NCBI RefSeq assembly: GCF_009914755.1
Contig: NC_060927.1
Reading direction: 5' to 3' (one strand)
Source of the DNA: the human T2T-CHM13v2.0 reference genome, Homo sapiens
Length of the DNA stretch: 64,000 nt
Position numbers and translations under genes: made by a program. Of this stretch, positions 33,031 through 47,960 are shown piece after piece (within the stretch, counting starts at the first letter, position 1; every line of letters begins with the position of its first letter). The notes below the pieces were generated by a model, which saw only the letters and a program-made list of their open reading frames with translations, was not told the DNA's origin and made no database searches.

Positions 33031-33109
33031 GCATTTTTAGATGAATTCACTAACTGGTCAAGAATAAATCCCAACAAGGCCAGGATTCCCATGGCAGGAG
33101 ATACCCAAG
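33031..33109 (+). CDS. PARP15: PARP15 exon 5, linker (AFLDEFTNWSRINPNKARIPMAGDTQ)
   Basis: ttccag| acceptor; caag|gtctgg donor is the only one that keeps frame with exon 6; 79 nt. Confidence 0.92.
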
Positions 33110-33579
33110 GTCTGGTAAAGTCGTTCTGCTAAGGAAATATTTCCTTTTGCTGAGCAACTCTTCAGTGGTAGTTGAAGTCCAGTAGAAGTAGGCAAAGCTA
33201 ATTCACATGAAGAACAAATCTGTGATGGGGGAGGTGTTAGAGCATGTCCCATTGTCTGGGCACACAAAGAAGCAATCGCATATTAACATGAACCAAATTA
33301 ATGGTAATGAAACCAGAGTTTCTAAGAAATGGTAATAAAATAATAACTAAACCGTGCCTGGCACACTATACTTTACTGATTGCTTTCATATATAGTATAT
33401 TATTTAACGTGTACAATGGCCCCGTGGCAGGTGGTTCTGTTGCCACTGTATAAACGTTGAAAGGTAGATCTAAAGGGTTTAAGGGATGAGCTGAAGTGGC
33501 ACAGCTAAGTTGTAAGCCTCAGAGTGTGGAGTGGAGAGTAATATGCCAACAGGTTAAAGGTAACTTCCTCTGAGCAGTC

Positions 33580-33857
33580 TTTTTTTTTTTTTTTTTTTTG
33601 AGATGGAGTCTTGCTCTGTCACCCAGGATGGAGTGCAGTGGCGTGATCTTGGCTCACTACAAACCCCGCCTCCTGGGTTCAAGCAATCCTCCTGCTTCAG
33701 TCTCCCGAGTAGCTGGGATGACAGGTGTGCACCACCACACCCAGCTAATTTTTCTGTATTTTTAGTAAACACACGGTTTCACCATGTTGACCAAGCTGGT
33801 CTCGAACTCCTAACCTCAAGTGATCCTCCCACCTCAGCCTCCCAAAGTGCTGGGATT
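33580..33857 (-). mobile_element. Alu (5'-truncated)
   Basis: polyT plus reverse Alu. Confidence 0.9.
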
Positions 33858-34266
33858 TTGGAGCAGCCTTTATATTGCTACACCTGTGGTAATAAAAGAC
33901 CCTCCTAGCAGTGTTGTCTGCAAGAAAGGACAGTGCCCTTTTCACACTCCCTTTTTTTTCTCACTCCTCTCTCTTGACACCCCAGCAGCTCTTGCCAGTA
34001 AACAGACTGACACTATCGGATATTTCTGCCTTATCCTATGTAACTCAGAAAATGTAGATATGCTTACTGTCACAAAGCGTTATTTTCTAATTTCCTTTAA
34101 AAAGAAAACCAAGCTGTTTAAGAGGCCAGGAGATGTGGCAATATTTCGGTTTATGTTGGGGGAAAAGAAAGAGGGCTGAGCTGGGAAGAGAATAGGGCCC
34201 CAAGATGAGTGCTGTTCCTCCAGAAGCTGAGCCAGCCCATTCTTTACCTATTTTCTTTCTTTTCAG

Positions 34267-34416
34267 GTGTGGTCGGGACTGTCTCTAAGCCTTGTTTCAC
34301 AGCATATGAAATGAAAATCGGTGCAATTACTTTTCAGGTTGCTACTGGAGATATAGCCACTGAACAGGTAGATGTTATTGTAAACTCAACAGCAAGGACA
34401 TTTAATCGGAAATCAG
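34267..34416 (+). CDS. PARP15: PARP15 exon 6, macrodomain 2 (GVVGTVSK...GDIATEQVDVIVNST...RKS)
   Basis: tttcag| and cag|gtactt; 150 nt, phase 1/1; GDI and DVIVN motifs. Confidence 0.97.
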
Positions 34417-34984
34417 GTACTTTATTTAAGCAATATATTGTAATTATTAGTATGACTAATTTCTGGAAGGGAAATTGTGGCTAATATTTGCCCTGAGTGG
34501 ACAGAGAGTGTTGTAGAAAATATGTGGTCTCTGAACTCAGGAAGACGTGGGTTGAATCCCAGCTATGCCACTTAGCAATGTGTAGCTGTGGACAAGTCAC
34601 TTAACCTCTCTGAGTGTCAGTTTCTTTGCCTGTCAAACACCTATTTCCCAGGAGAGGATTAGATGGGGTGTTAACTGATATAAAGGTGGAGTTTAACTGA
34701 CGCATTGTACTTAGTGTCAGCTCTCAACTGTTGAATTTCCACAAGTATAGTTTAGTACCTCTAAGTTCCTCTATTTTTACTTTCCTGTTTATGTAACCTA
34801 CTTGGCATTTAGAACTCACCTTCGGTAGCTCTTCTCTTCTCTGCATTACACTGACCGAGAAATGAAACGCAACCGTTTTTCTTTATTTTCCGTGACATGT
34901 TTGACTCCCATTATAGTAACACATTCGGGCAGGCCCTCCCCTCATATGTCTATTAATTTATAACTTATACACATACACTCAACC

Positions 34985-35287
<303 letters not shown>

Positions 35288-37032
35288 TAAACTTTTGTAT
35301 ATTATAAAATGTTGACTTTTAAATTAAAAGGGTAAAATAAAACGGAAATAGAATTTAAATATTTTCTAAGTTGAAAAATATTATGGAACTTACCATGCAG
35401 AAGTGAATCTGTAGAATATCCATTTAATTCATTGGTCATTCCATTTTTCAGTCATTTAAAATGTAGACATAAAGAACATTTGGTTATTTGAAACATGCTA
35501 AGTTGAATCTATGCATTTATCCCTGTCCCCTTTTGGAATTCCATTATGTATTACAGTATACAGTTGTATACTGTAAAGGAATGAAAAGGATATAAACACA
35601 CAAGAAAAAAGAACGTTGGAAGGAAAACAACTATGAACAAAAGATAACAAATTTTTAGACGATGGGGAGCTGCTAGCCAAGGGTGGTAACTGCCATGGAG
35701 TAGAGAAAATTTAGTACCTGCAGGCGAGAAGAGTAGCCCCAGAGACACAGGAATTAGAGGCTGCTGGTATCTGGGAAGGCAGGGGGCAAGTACAGAGATG
35801 AAAATAAGATTGAATGAAATTCCAGATCAGTAGCAGTTAGACTACTTGATTGGATCCTCCATCCTATACAGCAGTAACTTTCCTTGCTCTTCCCTGGCCA
35901 GAGATGGGAGGTTTATTCTCTAGAGAAACAGAACCAGAGGGATTTTGGACTTAGGGCACCAGGCATAGGTGAGATGAGGAGCTAGGCTGAAAACTGTTTA
36001 AGAGAACATCTGTGGACCAAACATCGAGTGCCCAGCCCCTCTCCTGCATGGATCCCAGAGCAGCAGACAGGAGGTGCTGCCTGCTCGCCTTACACTGAAG
36101 CCCGCTGGTCAACAAGCCTTCTTGCATAGAGCTTCTAAGCTCACTCTTAAATAGGAATGGACTGGTGAAGATCACTTGACATTTGAGGAAAATCTTCACA
36201 GCGAAGACAGAGACCAGAACAAACAAATTGAAAAGAGATTTTTTTAAAAAGAGACATTTTATAACACATATATAATCAAGGATATAGAGATATAGATATC
36301 TTCATAATGATAAAACAACTAACATTCATTCAATATTTTCTGCATGCCGGCTTCTGTGCTAAGCATTTTTCATCCATTATCTCTTTTAATGTACAAATAA
36401 CCCTGTGAGGGAAGTGCCATATTAGCCTCTGTGTAACAGATGAGGAACTTATTAGTCACATACTAGCTAGTAAATACTGGAGTCAACTTCAACCCAATTT
36501 GTCAAAATGCAAAGTCCATATTTTTAACGACTCGACCCAGCTGTCATTAGACTTGACCAAAGTGGTGAAGCTACGACTTTGACTGGAAGATTCACTGGAG
36601 TGAAACCAGCTGTTTAACTGAGCAGGGCAGGGAATCAAAGAACTTAGTAAAGTGCTTGATTTTATTACAGTTTTGAGATCCATGCTTCTCAGTATCAGAA
36701 CTTTTATTTTTATAGTTTCATTCGTTTTTACAAAATAATAAGGGTAGAATGCAAAAAATTTCAAATAACTGCAAAAACAGTCCTGTATAAATAGAGAAGG
36801 TAAAGTTGCAGACGCCAGCCTTTCAGCTCCTGGGCACTTCCATGGCACTGAGATCAGACTGTTCATCAGCCACTGGGTGGAGGTTGCTATAGAAAGAGCA
36901 GTTGGTCGGGCGTGGGGGTGGTCAATGGATTATGCACAAAAGGGTGAGTTGAGCAGAAGTCTAATGTACAAAAACTATAACCACTTATTGAATTCTAACT
37001 GATGCCTTTTACCATTAACATGTCTTATTTAG

Positions 37033-37095
37033 GTGTGTCAAGAGCTATTTTAGAAGGTGCTGGACAAGCTGTGGAAAGTGAATGTGCTGTACTAG
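37033..37095 (+). CDS. PARP15: PARP15 exon 7 (GVSRAILEGAGQAVESECAVL)
   Basis: tttag| and tag|gtatgg; 63 nt, phase 1/1; GVS-AI macrodomain motif. Confidence 0.95.
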
Positions 37096-38695
37096 GTATG
37101 GGCACATGTTACTTTTGACTACAAACTTGAAAATCAGAGGGCTGAGATTACAGTGAGAGGATGTACAGGAGGACTGGAGGTGGAGTAAGTAGCGAGCAAA
37201 ACTTTGCAAGAAGGTTGGTTCACTGGAAGAGCAGGCAGAGGTGGTGGAACTTGGAGGCTATGGGGGAGAGGTTCTTCATCCCACCATCTCATCTGTCTCT
37301 TACTTCCTGAGTAGTAAAAAGAACCCAGGCCTGGGTCCTAATAATCCAGGCTCTGCCATTTACTGAGCGATCCTAGGCACGTCATCTAACTGCTAAGAGC
37401 TTTGCTTCTCTCATCAGTAGGAAAGTTCTACTAATAAGTAGTGTGGGAAAGCTGTGCCACAGGTGGTTTTGAGGATCAGAAGGAACAATTAATGTGAAAA
37501 GTTCTGTAAACTGTGAAGTGCTGTACAAACTTTCCCCAAACTTGTTCTACTTCTTCCAGCACAACTGCATATAGCCAACTTCTAATCCTTTTATGAATGA
37601 GTGTGGACTTTGAGTGGGGAACCTAAGGTAGTGATTATAAACTGTTTGTCCTTCAAAATATCCCTTGCAGAGTAGGGTAGACACTCAGCTATGAGTATGC
37701 TTTCAAGAAGTCATAGAGCACCATGTTTGACAATGTATTCCCACAACCGACCTGCTACAATGCCTGAAACTCCTATCTTAGTAGCTGTCCTCTGATTAAG
37801 AAATTTCTCTGGAGTGAATACAGTTCTGGAGTGACAGCAAAGGAAGGTAATATTTGATTACTAACATGAGGACGTTAGCAGGTGTTTGAGTACTGGGAGA
37901 GCTCGCTGTGCCTGGGAGGCAGGAGCAGAGGATGAAGGTGGGCTGGACAAGCTGGAAAAGCCTGAGGAGGCTGCCTGGGAGGGGAGGGTGGGAGGGACAC
38001 CCGAGGGGCCCTAGGGAGTGCCTGGTCATGGGTGCTCCTCAGGAGGGCAGGATGGGATGGGCAGGGATCCACTCTCCTCCTCCCTTTTGCTGGCCCCAGC
38101 CTTACTCAGAGCAGTCTGAACCAAAGAAGCAGTGCCTTAAAATGGCCCTCATAATTTCCATGTGCTCAAGAGCTCTAGGGTCCTGAGCCAAGGAGAAGTT
38201 TTCATCCTTTCACACCTCTGTGCCACAGAGTACGTTGCTTTTATCTCCTTCAAAATTAATGTGGCTGAATGTGCATAGAAATTGCTCTTCTGGGACAGCA
38301 GAGTGGGGGTTAAGAGCTATGGAGACTGGCTGCTTGGGTTCGAGTCCTAGGCAATCTTTAGCTACTGACCTTACCTCTCTCTGTGGCTGTTTCATGTGTG
38401 TAATGGGGAAAACAGTACCTGCCTCATAGGCTTGTTTTGAGGATTGAGCAGATTGATGCAGATAAAGTACTTTTGAACAGCACCCCAAATACTCAACAGT
38501 GTATTTGTTGAGCTCGAGAATTCTGATTGTAAAGAAAATGTGGTTGTCACAGTCCAGTGAATGAAACCAACAAGCTCGAGTGAGACTGGGCTTCACAGCC
38601 TTCACGGATGTCAGCTGTTTTCATTTCTCAAAAATCAAAGTGTTGCCTCCAGTAATTAATGGGCTGCATGTTTGTTTTTCTTTCCTTTTTTTCAG

Positions 38696-38863
38696 CTGCA
38701 CAGCCTCACAGAGATTTTATAATTACACCAGGTGGATGCTTAAAGTGCAAAATAATAATTCATGTTCCTGGGGGAAAAGATGTCAGGAAAACGGTCACCA
38801 GTGTTCTAGAAGAGTGTGAACAGAGGAAGTACACATCGGTTTCCCTTCCAGCCATTGGAACAG
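38696..38863 (+). CDS. PARP15: PARP15 exon 8 ([14 protein letters not shown]...SVSLPAIGT)
   Basis: ttcag| and cag|gtttgc; 168 nt; IIHV and LPAIGTG motifs. Confidence 0.97.
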
Positions 38864-38973
38864 GTTTGCAGCTTATCATTCTATAATAAAATTTGAGTGA
38901 TACAAATTCCTTTAGAATTAGTCTCACTCTTAAGCAGATCAGTGCTGAATCCATCTGAAAGTGGGAACAATGA

Positions 38974-39399
<426 letters not shown>

Positions 39400-41114
39400 T
39401 AACTTCATAGTTTTCTCACTCTTCATTTTTTCTCCTTGGGGGATTCATTCAGTCTCATGTCTGGTAACATTTCTGCATTGACTCCCAAATCAGCATTTCT
39501 CATTCTCTCCAGGATCTCCTCTGGGGGAGTTTTCTATTACCAGAAACTTCATTACATCAGAATCCAAACTCATGATCCTCTCTTGAAAACAGACACTCCT
39601 CTTGAGCTCCTGGGCTTTCTCGTTTCCTCCTTTGGTGGTGCCATGACGCTCCCAGCTGCCCTGGCCTGCCATCCTTGCTTTGTTGTGTCCCCAGACACCC
39701 ACAGTCAGCAAGTCCTGCTGAATCTTCTTCCAGAGAGTTGTTGAATTCCAGCCTTTCTTTTTGTTTCCAAACTCTTCAGACCTCCCCCATCTGGTTTACT
39801 TCAGCATCTCCCAGCCGGCTCCTCATTTGTGCATTCATTCATTGAATTGAAATGCCGTTACCTAGGCTCTGTGCAAGGCACTGGGGAGAAAATCATGAGT
39901 AAGATGCAGTCACTCCCCATGAGCAACAAACTCAGGTTTGTCCTGCTCACAGTTTCTAGGAACGCTTTCCTCATCTCTGTCATATCATCCAGTCATTTGC
40001 TCTTCTTAGTTGACAGTGCTACTGGTCACTCACTTCCTGATTCATTCACATCCATGTCCCCTGTCACTCTCATGGAAGTGAGGGCTTCTTATTTGGGAAG
40101 TATTAATAGTATGTAGCCACAGATTACCATTAATCTAAGAGAGTTTTTCAGCAATTAAATTCCTGGTCTTACAGCCACCACCATCATTTTAGCTCAACTC
40201 TGTAGACTTCCTTCCTCTTCCCAGATTAAAACAGAATGCTCCTGCAGGTATCCCAGGTCCCTCTCGTATGAACCCCAGGGCACCCTGCAATGTTTGCAGT
40301 ACATTCTTCCTGGCTTCCACACACCGATAACCTTTTGTTATAACCTTTTGCTATCGGCGGTAATGAGGCCAATAGGGAAGCCAGGGGGAACGTGCTGCAG
40401 GCATTTTGTTACCACTTTTTGTTTCTTTTATTCATGCATTTCTCCCGATCTGGAGCTTCTCCCACACCATCTGGCAAATTACAGCTCTCACAAACCCAAA
40501 TTGTTTTGTTCCCATCACCCAGGGCAAGCACTCTGCTACTTGGCACTGGGCAAACAGAGTGGAGTAAGCTCTGGCCCCTTCAGGAATTCATGATTTTGGA
40601 ACAGATGCAAGACATTGTAACCAAGAATGATACCCAATGCAGAGGTCACAGGTGTAGGTGTGTTCAGCCACATAGTGGGAAGGGTTGCAACTGGATAGGT
40701 GGAATGAGCCTGTCAAGGGACTGCATACAGAAAGAGAAGAGGGCTGAGACCAGAACAGTGAGAAATGCCCACAGGTAGATTGTGGCAGGGAAAGGGCAGA
40801 AAAGTCAGCAAAAGAACCAACCAATAATCGTAAGTGTTGGAGGAGAGTAAGTGCAAAGCCCCAGAGGAGGAAGTGGGAGGCCATGAAATGCTTGTGCCAC
40901 ACCTCTTCGACTGTGAATACATTGTGAGATCCTCAAAAGGGAAGGACCAGATCTTTATGTCTTCTCTGCCCCGTGTTGAGTGAAGAATCATTGCCCATTA
41001 AATTTTGTTGAATGGAGGAATGAATAACAGGTGATTTTGATGATGCCTTCAGAGATGCTCATGGATGTTCTCTTCCCCATTGATTTCAACGGACATTTTT
41101 GGAATGTTTCTCAG

Positions 41115-41435
<321 letters not shown>

Positions 41436-42396
41436 TGCTTACTAGACGCAGTCTATTTTGAGTACCACTAAACTCCTATGAAGTAGCTGGAATAGCTACA
41501 TTAGTTGTATTAGTAATATTAATAATTGCTAAGATTTATTGAGTCCTTACTGTACGTTCTAGGTGTTTTACATGTCAAAGCTCATGTATTCCTCACAGTA
41601 ACCTTATATAGGGTGATCAATTCTTTCGAGTTTGACCAGGACTTTCCTGGTTTTAACACAGAAAGTCCCATGTTGCAGGCAGCCTCTCTGCTCTGGGGAA
41701 ACTGGGAGGGTTGGTCTTCATACCTGTGACATGGAAACTATTAGCAAAGACAAGTTTATTGTGAAGTTAATGAAGCTTAAGTGATCAGACTTCACTTGCA
41801 CAGGCTTTTTAAAAGATCCTGAGAGGAGCCCTAATAATGTCTTCCCCTGGTTATATGACTTAGTAAAATTTCAAAAGTAGGATATTTTAACCATCATGAA
41901 TTAAGACCACTGTTTCCCCCACTTTGACGTCTCATACTTCCCCTTGCACTGAGTGATGCTGGGGTGGCTGTAAACATTTATGCGATACAGCTAAGGAAAG
42001 TTGCGTTAGGAATCTAATTTTCAGCATTTTAAAAGATACACTTTGTTGTGGTTTCTTTTCTGATTCTAAATATTCACCATTATACATAATTGTATACTTA
42101 TTCTTTTTCTGAGATATGTAAATTTCAAAACCTGGATCCATCCTATACTCTGTGTCCCCATTTTGTAGATGAGGAACTTGAGGGTAGGTTCAACCTAGCA
42201 ACAGAGCTAGGTTCAAAGCCATGCAGCCTGGTCCCAAATCCTGCACAAATTTTACCATTACTTTTTTTTTTTACTATTACATTTTTTTACCATTATTATA
42301 TTCTTAATTACTCTATTCTTACCTACCATATTCTTATCCCTATTACCTTCTATTATTACCCCCAATTTCTAGCTGAGCAAACTGAAGTGTAGAGGT

Positions 42397-43080
<684 letters not shown>

Positions 43081-43425
43081 AAGAGGGATCAAATGACTTA
43101 CCCAAGATCAGACAGCTAGTAAGTAGTGGAGCCAGGACATAAACTCAGCTCTTCTGCATCCAGATCACATGTTCTTATTTCTGCACTGCCAATGCCCATC
43201 AGCTAAAGATCACCAGGAACACACACTACGGGGACCTCTGCAGCATCTCAGTAGGAGAGTGTTAGAAAGGACTTAATGGATTTGGGCTTGTTTTAGGTGA
43301 TTTTGTGGCAGTCTCAAGTAAGTGGGGCTTTTCTCTGGATCAGAGACTTTTAGGAAACAGACATAATTCTATGATTGGGTATCTTATCTAGAAGGAAGGA
43401 GGATGCATTCTGGCTAAATGTATGA

Positions 43426-43750
<325 letters not shown>

Positions 43751-44079
43751 TAGCAGCTGGCACTCTTATTAGTCAAGATAGGGAGATATTTGGCCATCTC
43801 TGTGATTTGGGCAGGGTTTATGTTTTTGTCTGCGATAAGACACAATTATGGAGTAGTCTTGTTTTTGTGTTAATTCATCATGGTCAGAGTGGTTACATGG
43901 ATGATGTACTATGAAATTGTTTGTATTCAGCTAAAGAACACCAACTAGCTGTGAGTGTCAGATCAATTCCTGGCTGTGAGGGGCTTTCCTGTTTCTCAGC
44001 ACTGAGAACTGGATTTGCCATATTTCATCATATTAGCAACATCGGGGGAAACTTCTTTGTCATTAAATTTTTTTTTCAG

Positions 44080-44286
44080 GAAATGCCGGAAAAAACCCTA
44101 TCACAGTTGCTGATAACATAATCGATGCTATTGTAGACTTCTCATCACAACATTCCACCCCATCATTAAAAACAGTTAAAGTTGTCATTTTTCAACCTGA
44201 GCTGCTAAATATATTCTACGACAGCATGAAAAAAAGAGACCTCTCTGCATCACTGAACTTTCAGTCCACATTCTCCATGACTACAT
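44080..44286 (+). CDS. PARP15: PARP15 exon 9 (GNAGKNPITVADN...STFSMTT)
   Basis: tttcag| and cat|gtaaga; 207 nt, phase 1/1; end of macrodomain 2. Confidence 0.95.
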
Positions 44287-46406
44287 GTAAGATGTTCACT
44301 TTTTAAAAATCACCCTGCTGGCTCTGATAATCACTTAGAAAATGTTTAAGTGTGAATGTACACTGAGTTTATAGTTTTCTATTCGTTTTAGGACTTTTCA
44401 GACAACTTCTTATGATCCATGGGAAAAGTATAAAAATTAGAGAATGCAACCTCCTGTCAACTGATTATTTTCCTGAGAGGCAAAATCATGCCTGGGAAAT
44501 AGGAATGGTAAATAAACAGGAAGAGAATGGAAGTGAGGAAGCAGAAAGAGGGGAGGAGGCTTTGCAAATTCTAGCCAATATTTATTGATTGGTTGGTATT
44601 GACCCTCATTTCCTCTTGGAGCTGTGAACTAGCTGATTAATATTGGTCTGCTAATCATCCCCCTATAGACATGTTAGCCTGGAATAGAATCAGATGTAAG
44701 AAGGGAGTGGCTAGGGTCAGCTGGGTGTACTACATCACAAGCAGCCAGACAGATTCCAGATCCCCAGCTGCTACTCTGTAAGGTGTGTTTATACTTTAAG
44801 TACTTGTACCAACCTGTTCCTCCTCTGATTTCGTTTTCCCCTATTTTGTGGCATTTGTACTGCTATTAAAATAACTAGGATTGCAGCCTCCTCTTGCAAT
44901 CACTATTTTCAGCCATTTGGAGCACTCACCCTTAAAGCACTGTGAGTTTTGCTAGTGATAAGGCACATATGCCATCAACAGCCTCCCTAAACTGAGAATG
45001 ATTGTCTGCTGCTGTCAGAAGAAATGTCAGTTCTCTCTACATTTATTTCCTGACAAGCATTCTCCTTGGTGTGCTACAACACACAATACATGTAGGACAC
45101 ACACAATAAAAACATGAATATAATAGTTGGATCTGTTAAAGTTCTTGCAGTAGCAAATAATAGAAAGTCCATCTTACACTGGCTTAAGCAAAAAGCAGAA
45201 TTCAATAACTCATGTTATTATAAAGCCCACACATTCCTGGGTTCAGGTACAGTTTGGTCCAGGTGCTCATATAATAATATCATCTAGACCCTGAATTTCT
45301 TCATCTCTCATTCTCTTCTCAGCTATGTTGTCTTTTTCCTCAAGCTTCATATGGTGAAAGCTGGCTGCTAGCAGCTTTAGGCCTACATCCTTCCATACTC
45401 AGTTTCAAGAGGAAAGAGTATATCCAGTGGAGATATACAGTCATCATCAGGAACATGATGCCAGGGAACAGAGCTCTTTTAAGCGCTGAGAGTCTTTCTG
45501 ATTGGACCATTTTAGGTTATCATTGCAGGCAGGGAACCGGAATTACACTGGCCAAGCCAGAGTCACATGCTCCACACTTCAGCTAGAGGGGGTCACCATC
45601 CGAAGCAATGGGGAATAGCTGTTCCCCAGAGGAAATTCAGAAAGCTTTTACCAGAAGAGGAGAAAAGGATACTGGGCAGTTAAAAATAGTATGTACCTAC
45701 TATAGTATCTAGGGATATATAAACTAACATTTTTTCCCTTTGGTCCTTGTAGATGAAAATTTTTATTTAAATTTAAGAACAGTAAATAAGTCATTATCAG
45801 TAAAGTAAAAAATAAAGCTTAACTGGTTCATCACTCTTTGCTTTCATCGAGATTTTAAACTGACTTACAAATTTAAAAAACAAAACAGTGTAGTTGAAGA
45901 GAGAAGCAAACAAAAAACTGACTAAAATGAGCAGACAACTGACCCTCTGAGACAGCAGGGTTGTCAGTGCTGTGAAAGACTGATTTCAACCTGAACTTCT
46001 GGCACCCGAGGCAAAAACAAACCACAATACAACTGCATTACGTCATCTTTGTTGTTAGAGAAAAGGAATAATACAGATGAAATATCAGATAAAAGGAAGT
46101 TTGTTGGCTCAGATAAACTGGAATTTTAGTAAGGATTTATCATATAGCCCTTTTCCAAAAAGAACTTAAAGAGGATAGCTTTGAGTTTCATTTGTGCAGA
46201 TGATACACAATTACTTTTCAAATGTATGTTAAAGCTATTTATTGAGTCCAGAGATTACTTATTGAGCACCAAGTATATATCAGATATTAGAAATATAGAT
46301 TTGGGAAGTCATGTGAGTAGGTGGGATTGAAGTCCTTAAGTGTGATTGGCTTAAGTGTGAGAATAAACAGTGAGGAGAGGAAGACTGGGGGCAGAACCAG
46401 GGATCT

Positions 46407-46683
46407 TGTTTGTTTATTTGTTTTTGTTTTTTTGAGACTGAATCTCACTATGTTGCCCAGGCTGGAGTGCAGTGGTGCAATCTTGGCTCACTGCAACCGC
46501 TGCCTCCCAGGCTCAAGCAGTTCTCTTGCCTCAGCCTCCTGAGTAGCTGAGATTACAGGCATTTTAGTAGAGATGGGGTTTCAACATGTTGGCCAGATTG
46601 GTCTCAAATTACTGACCTCAAGTGATCCACCCACCGGCCTCTCAAAGTGCTGGGATTATAGGCATGAGCCTACGTGCTCAGCT
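46407..46683 (-). mobile_element. Alu with internal deletion
   Basis: Reverse Alu; TSD gggatcttg. Confidence 0.88.
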
Positions 46684-46771
46684 GGGATCTTGGTTTTTAA
46701 TCCCACCCCCACAGGTGAGGGCATTTATCCTGAACTACCAGGAATTTGAAAGTAGAGCTTATCTTTTAAAA

Positions 46772-47301
46772 CAGTGGTCCCCAAACTTTTTGGGCCCAGG
46801 GACCAGTTTCATATAAGACAAATTTTCCACGGACTGGGTTATGAAGGGGGTGGTTTCAGGATGGTCCGAGTGCATTACATTTATTGTCCACTTTGTTATT
46901 ATTATTATTACATTGTAATATATTATGAAATAATTATACAACTTACCACAGTGTAGAATCAGTGGGAGCCCTGAGCTTGTTTTCCTGCAACTAGACAGTC
47001 CCATCTGGGGGTGATGGGAGACAGTGTCAGATCATCAGGCATTAGATTCTCATTAGGAGTGCACAACCTAGATCCCTTGCATGCACAGTTCACAATAGGG
47101 TTTGAGCTCCTATGAGAATCTAATGCTGCCACTGATCTGACAGAAGACAGAGCTCAGGTGGTAATGTGAATGATAGGGAGCAGCTATAAATACAAATGAA
47201 GCTTTGTTCTCTTGCCTGCCGCTCACCTCCTGCTGGGCAGTCTGCTTCCTAACAGGTTGTAGACCAGTGCTAGTCTGTGGCCTGGGATTTGGGGACCCCT
47301 G
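46772..47301. mobile_element. MER1A-like hAT-Charlie DNA transposon, full length
   Basis: TIRs cagtggtccccaaa / tttggggacccctg, 8-bp TSD t(t/c)ttaaaa, 530 bp. Confidence 0.88.
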
Positions 47302-47655
47302 TCTTAAAAAACACTAATCTTTTCAAAGAGCTGTATGGGAAGAGGGCTCAGGAAAATGCCTAGCACATGGAAACACTTTTAAAAGGGTAGTTATCATGCT
47401 ATTTTCTGTGAAGCCGTGGGCTGCAAGTCAACAGTGCTCCTTACTTTGATAATGACCTTCCATGTGATGCTGGGTGAGTATTCCTGGGACTCTGTTTTCT
47501 CTCCTCTAAATTGTCTAGCCGAAGTCACCTTTTGTACATAGAAGTTGGAGTAGATAGCATGGTTTGGTGTGGCTTAAGGGTGTGATTTAAATGTCTTTCC
47601 CCTCAAGAAAATACCTTTGGCTTTATGCTTTATTCCTTATTAATATACAAATACC

Positions 47656-47960
47656 AGCTGGGCGCTGTGGCTCATGCCTGTAATCCCAGCACTTCAGAAG
47701 GCCAAGGCAGGAGGATTGCTTCAGCCCAGGAGTTTGAGACCAGCCTGGGCAACATGGCAGAACCTCATCTCTACAAAAAAAAATAGCGAGGCATAGTGGC
47801 ATGTGCCTGTAGTTGCAGCTACTGGAAAGGCTGAGGTGGGAGGATTGCCTGAGCCCAGGAGGTCAAGGCTGCAGTGATCCATGATTGTGTCACCGCACTC
47901 AAGACTGGGTAACAGAGTGAGACTCTGTCTCAAAATAATAATAATAATTAATAATAATAT
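47656..47960 (+). mobile_element. Alu (AluJ-like) with (AAT)n tail
   Basis: Forward Alu; TSD aatatacaaatacc. Confidence 0.92.

Noticed and set aside
34770-34872. IRF/ETS-like motifs (actttcctgttt, gagaaatgaaac)
   Set aside because: Short degenerate motifs are common in AT-rich DNA; no independent support from the sequence
46225-46275. AIY*VQRLLIEHQ resembling PARP14 AISWLQDLIEKEQ
   Set aside because: Too short, and it overlaps a ttattgagcacc L2-like 3' end followed by L2-like sequence; chance is more likely
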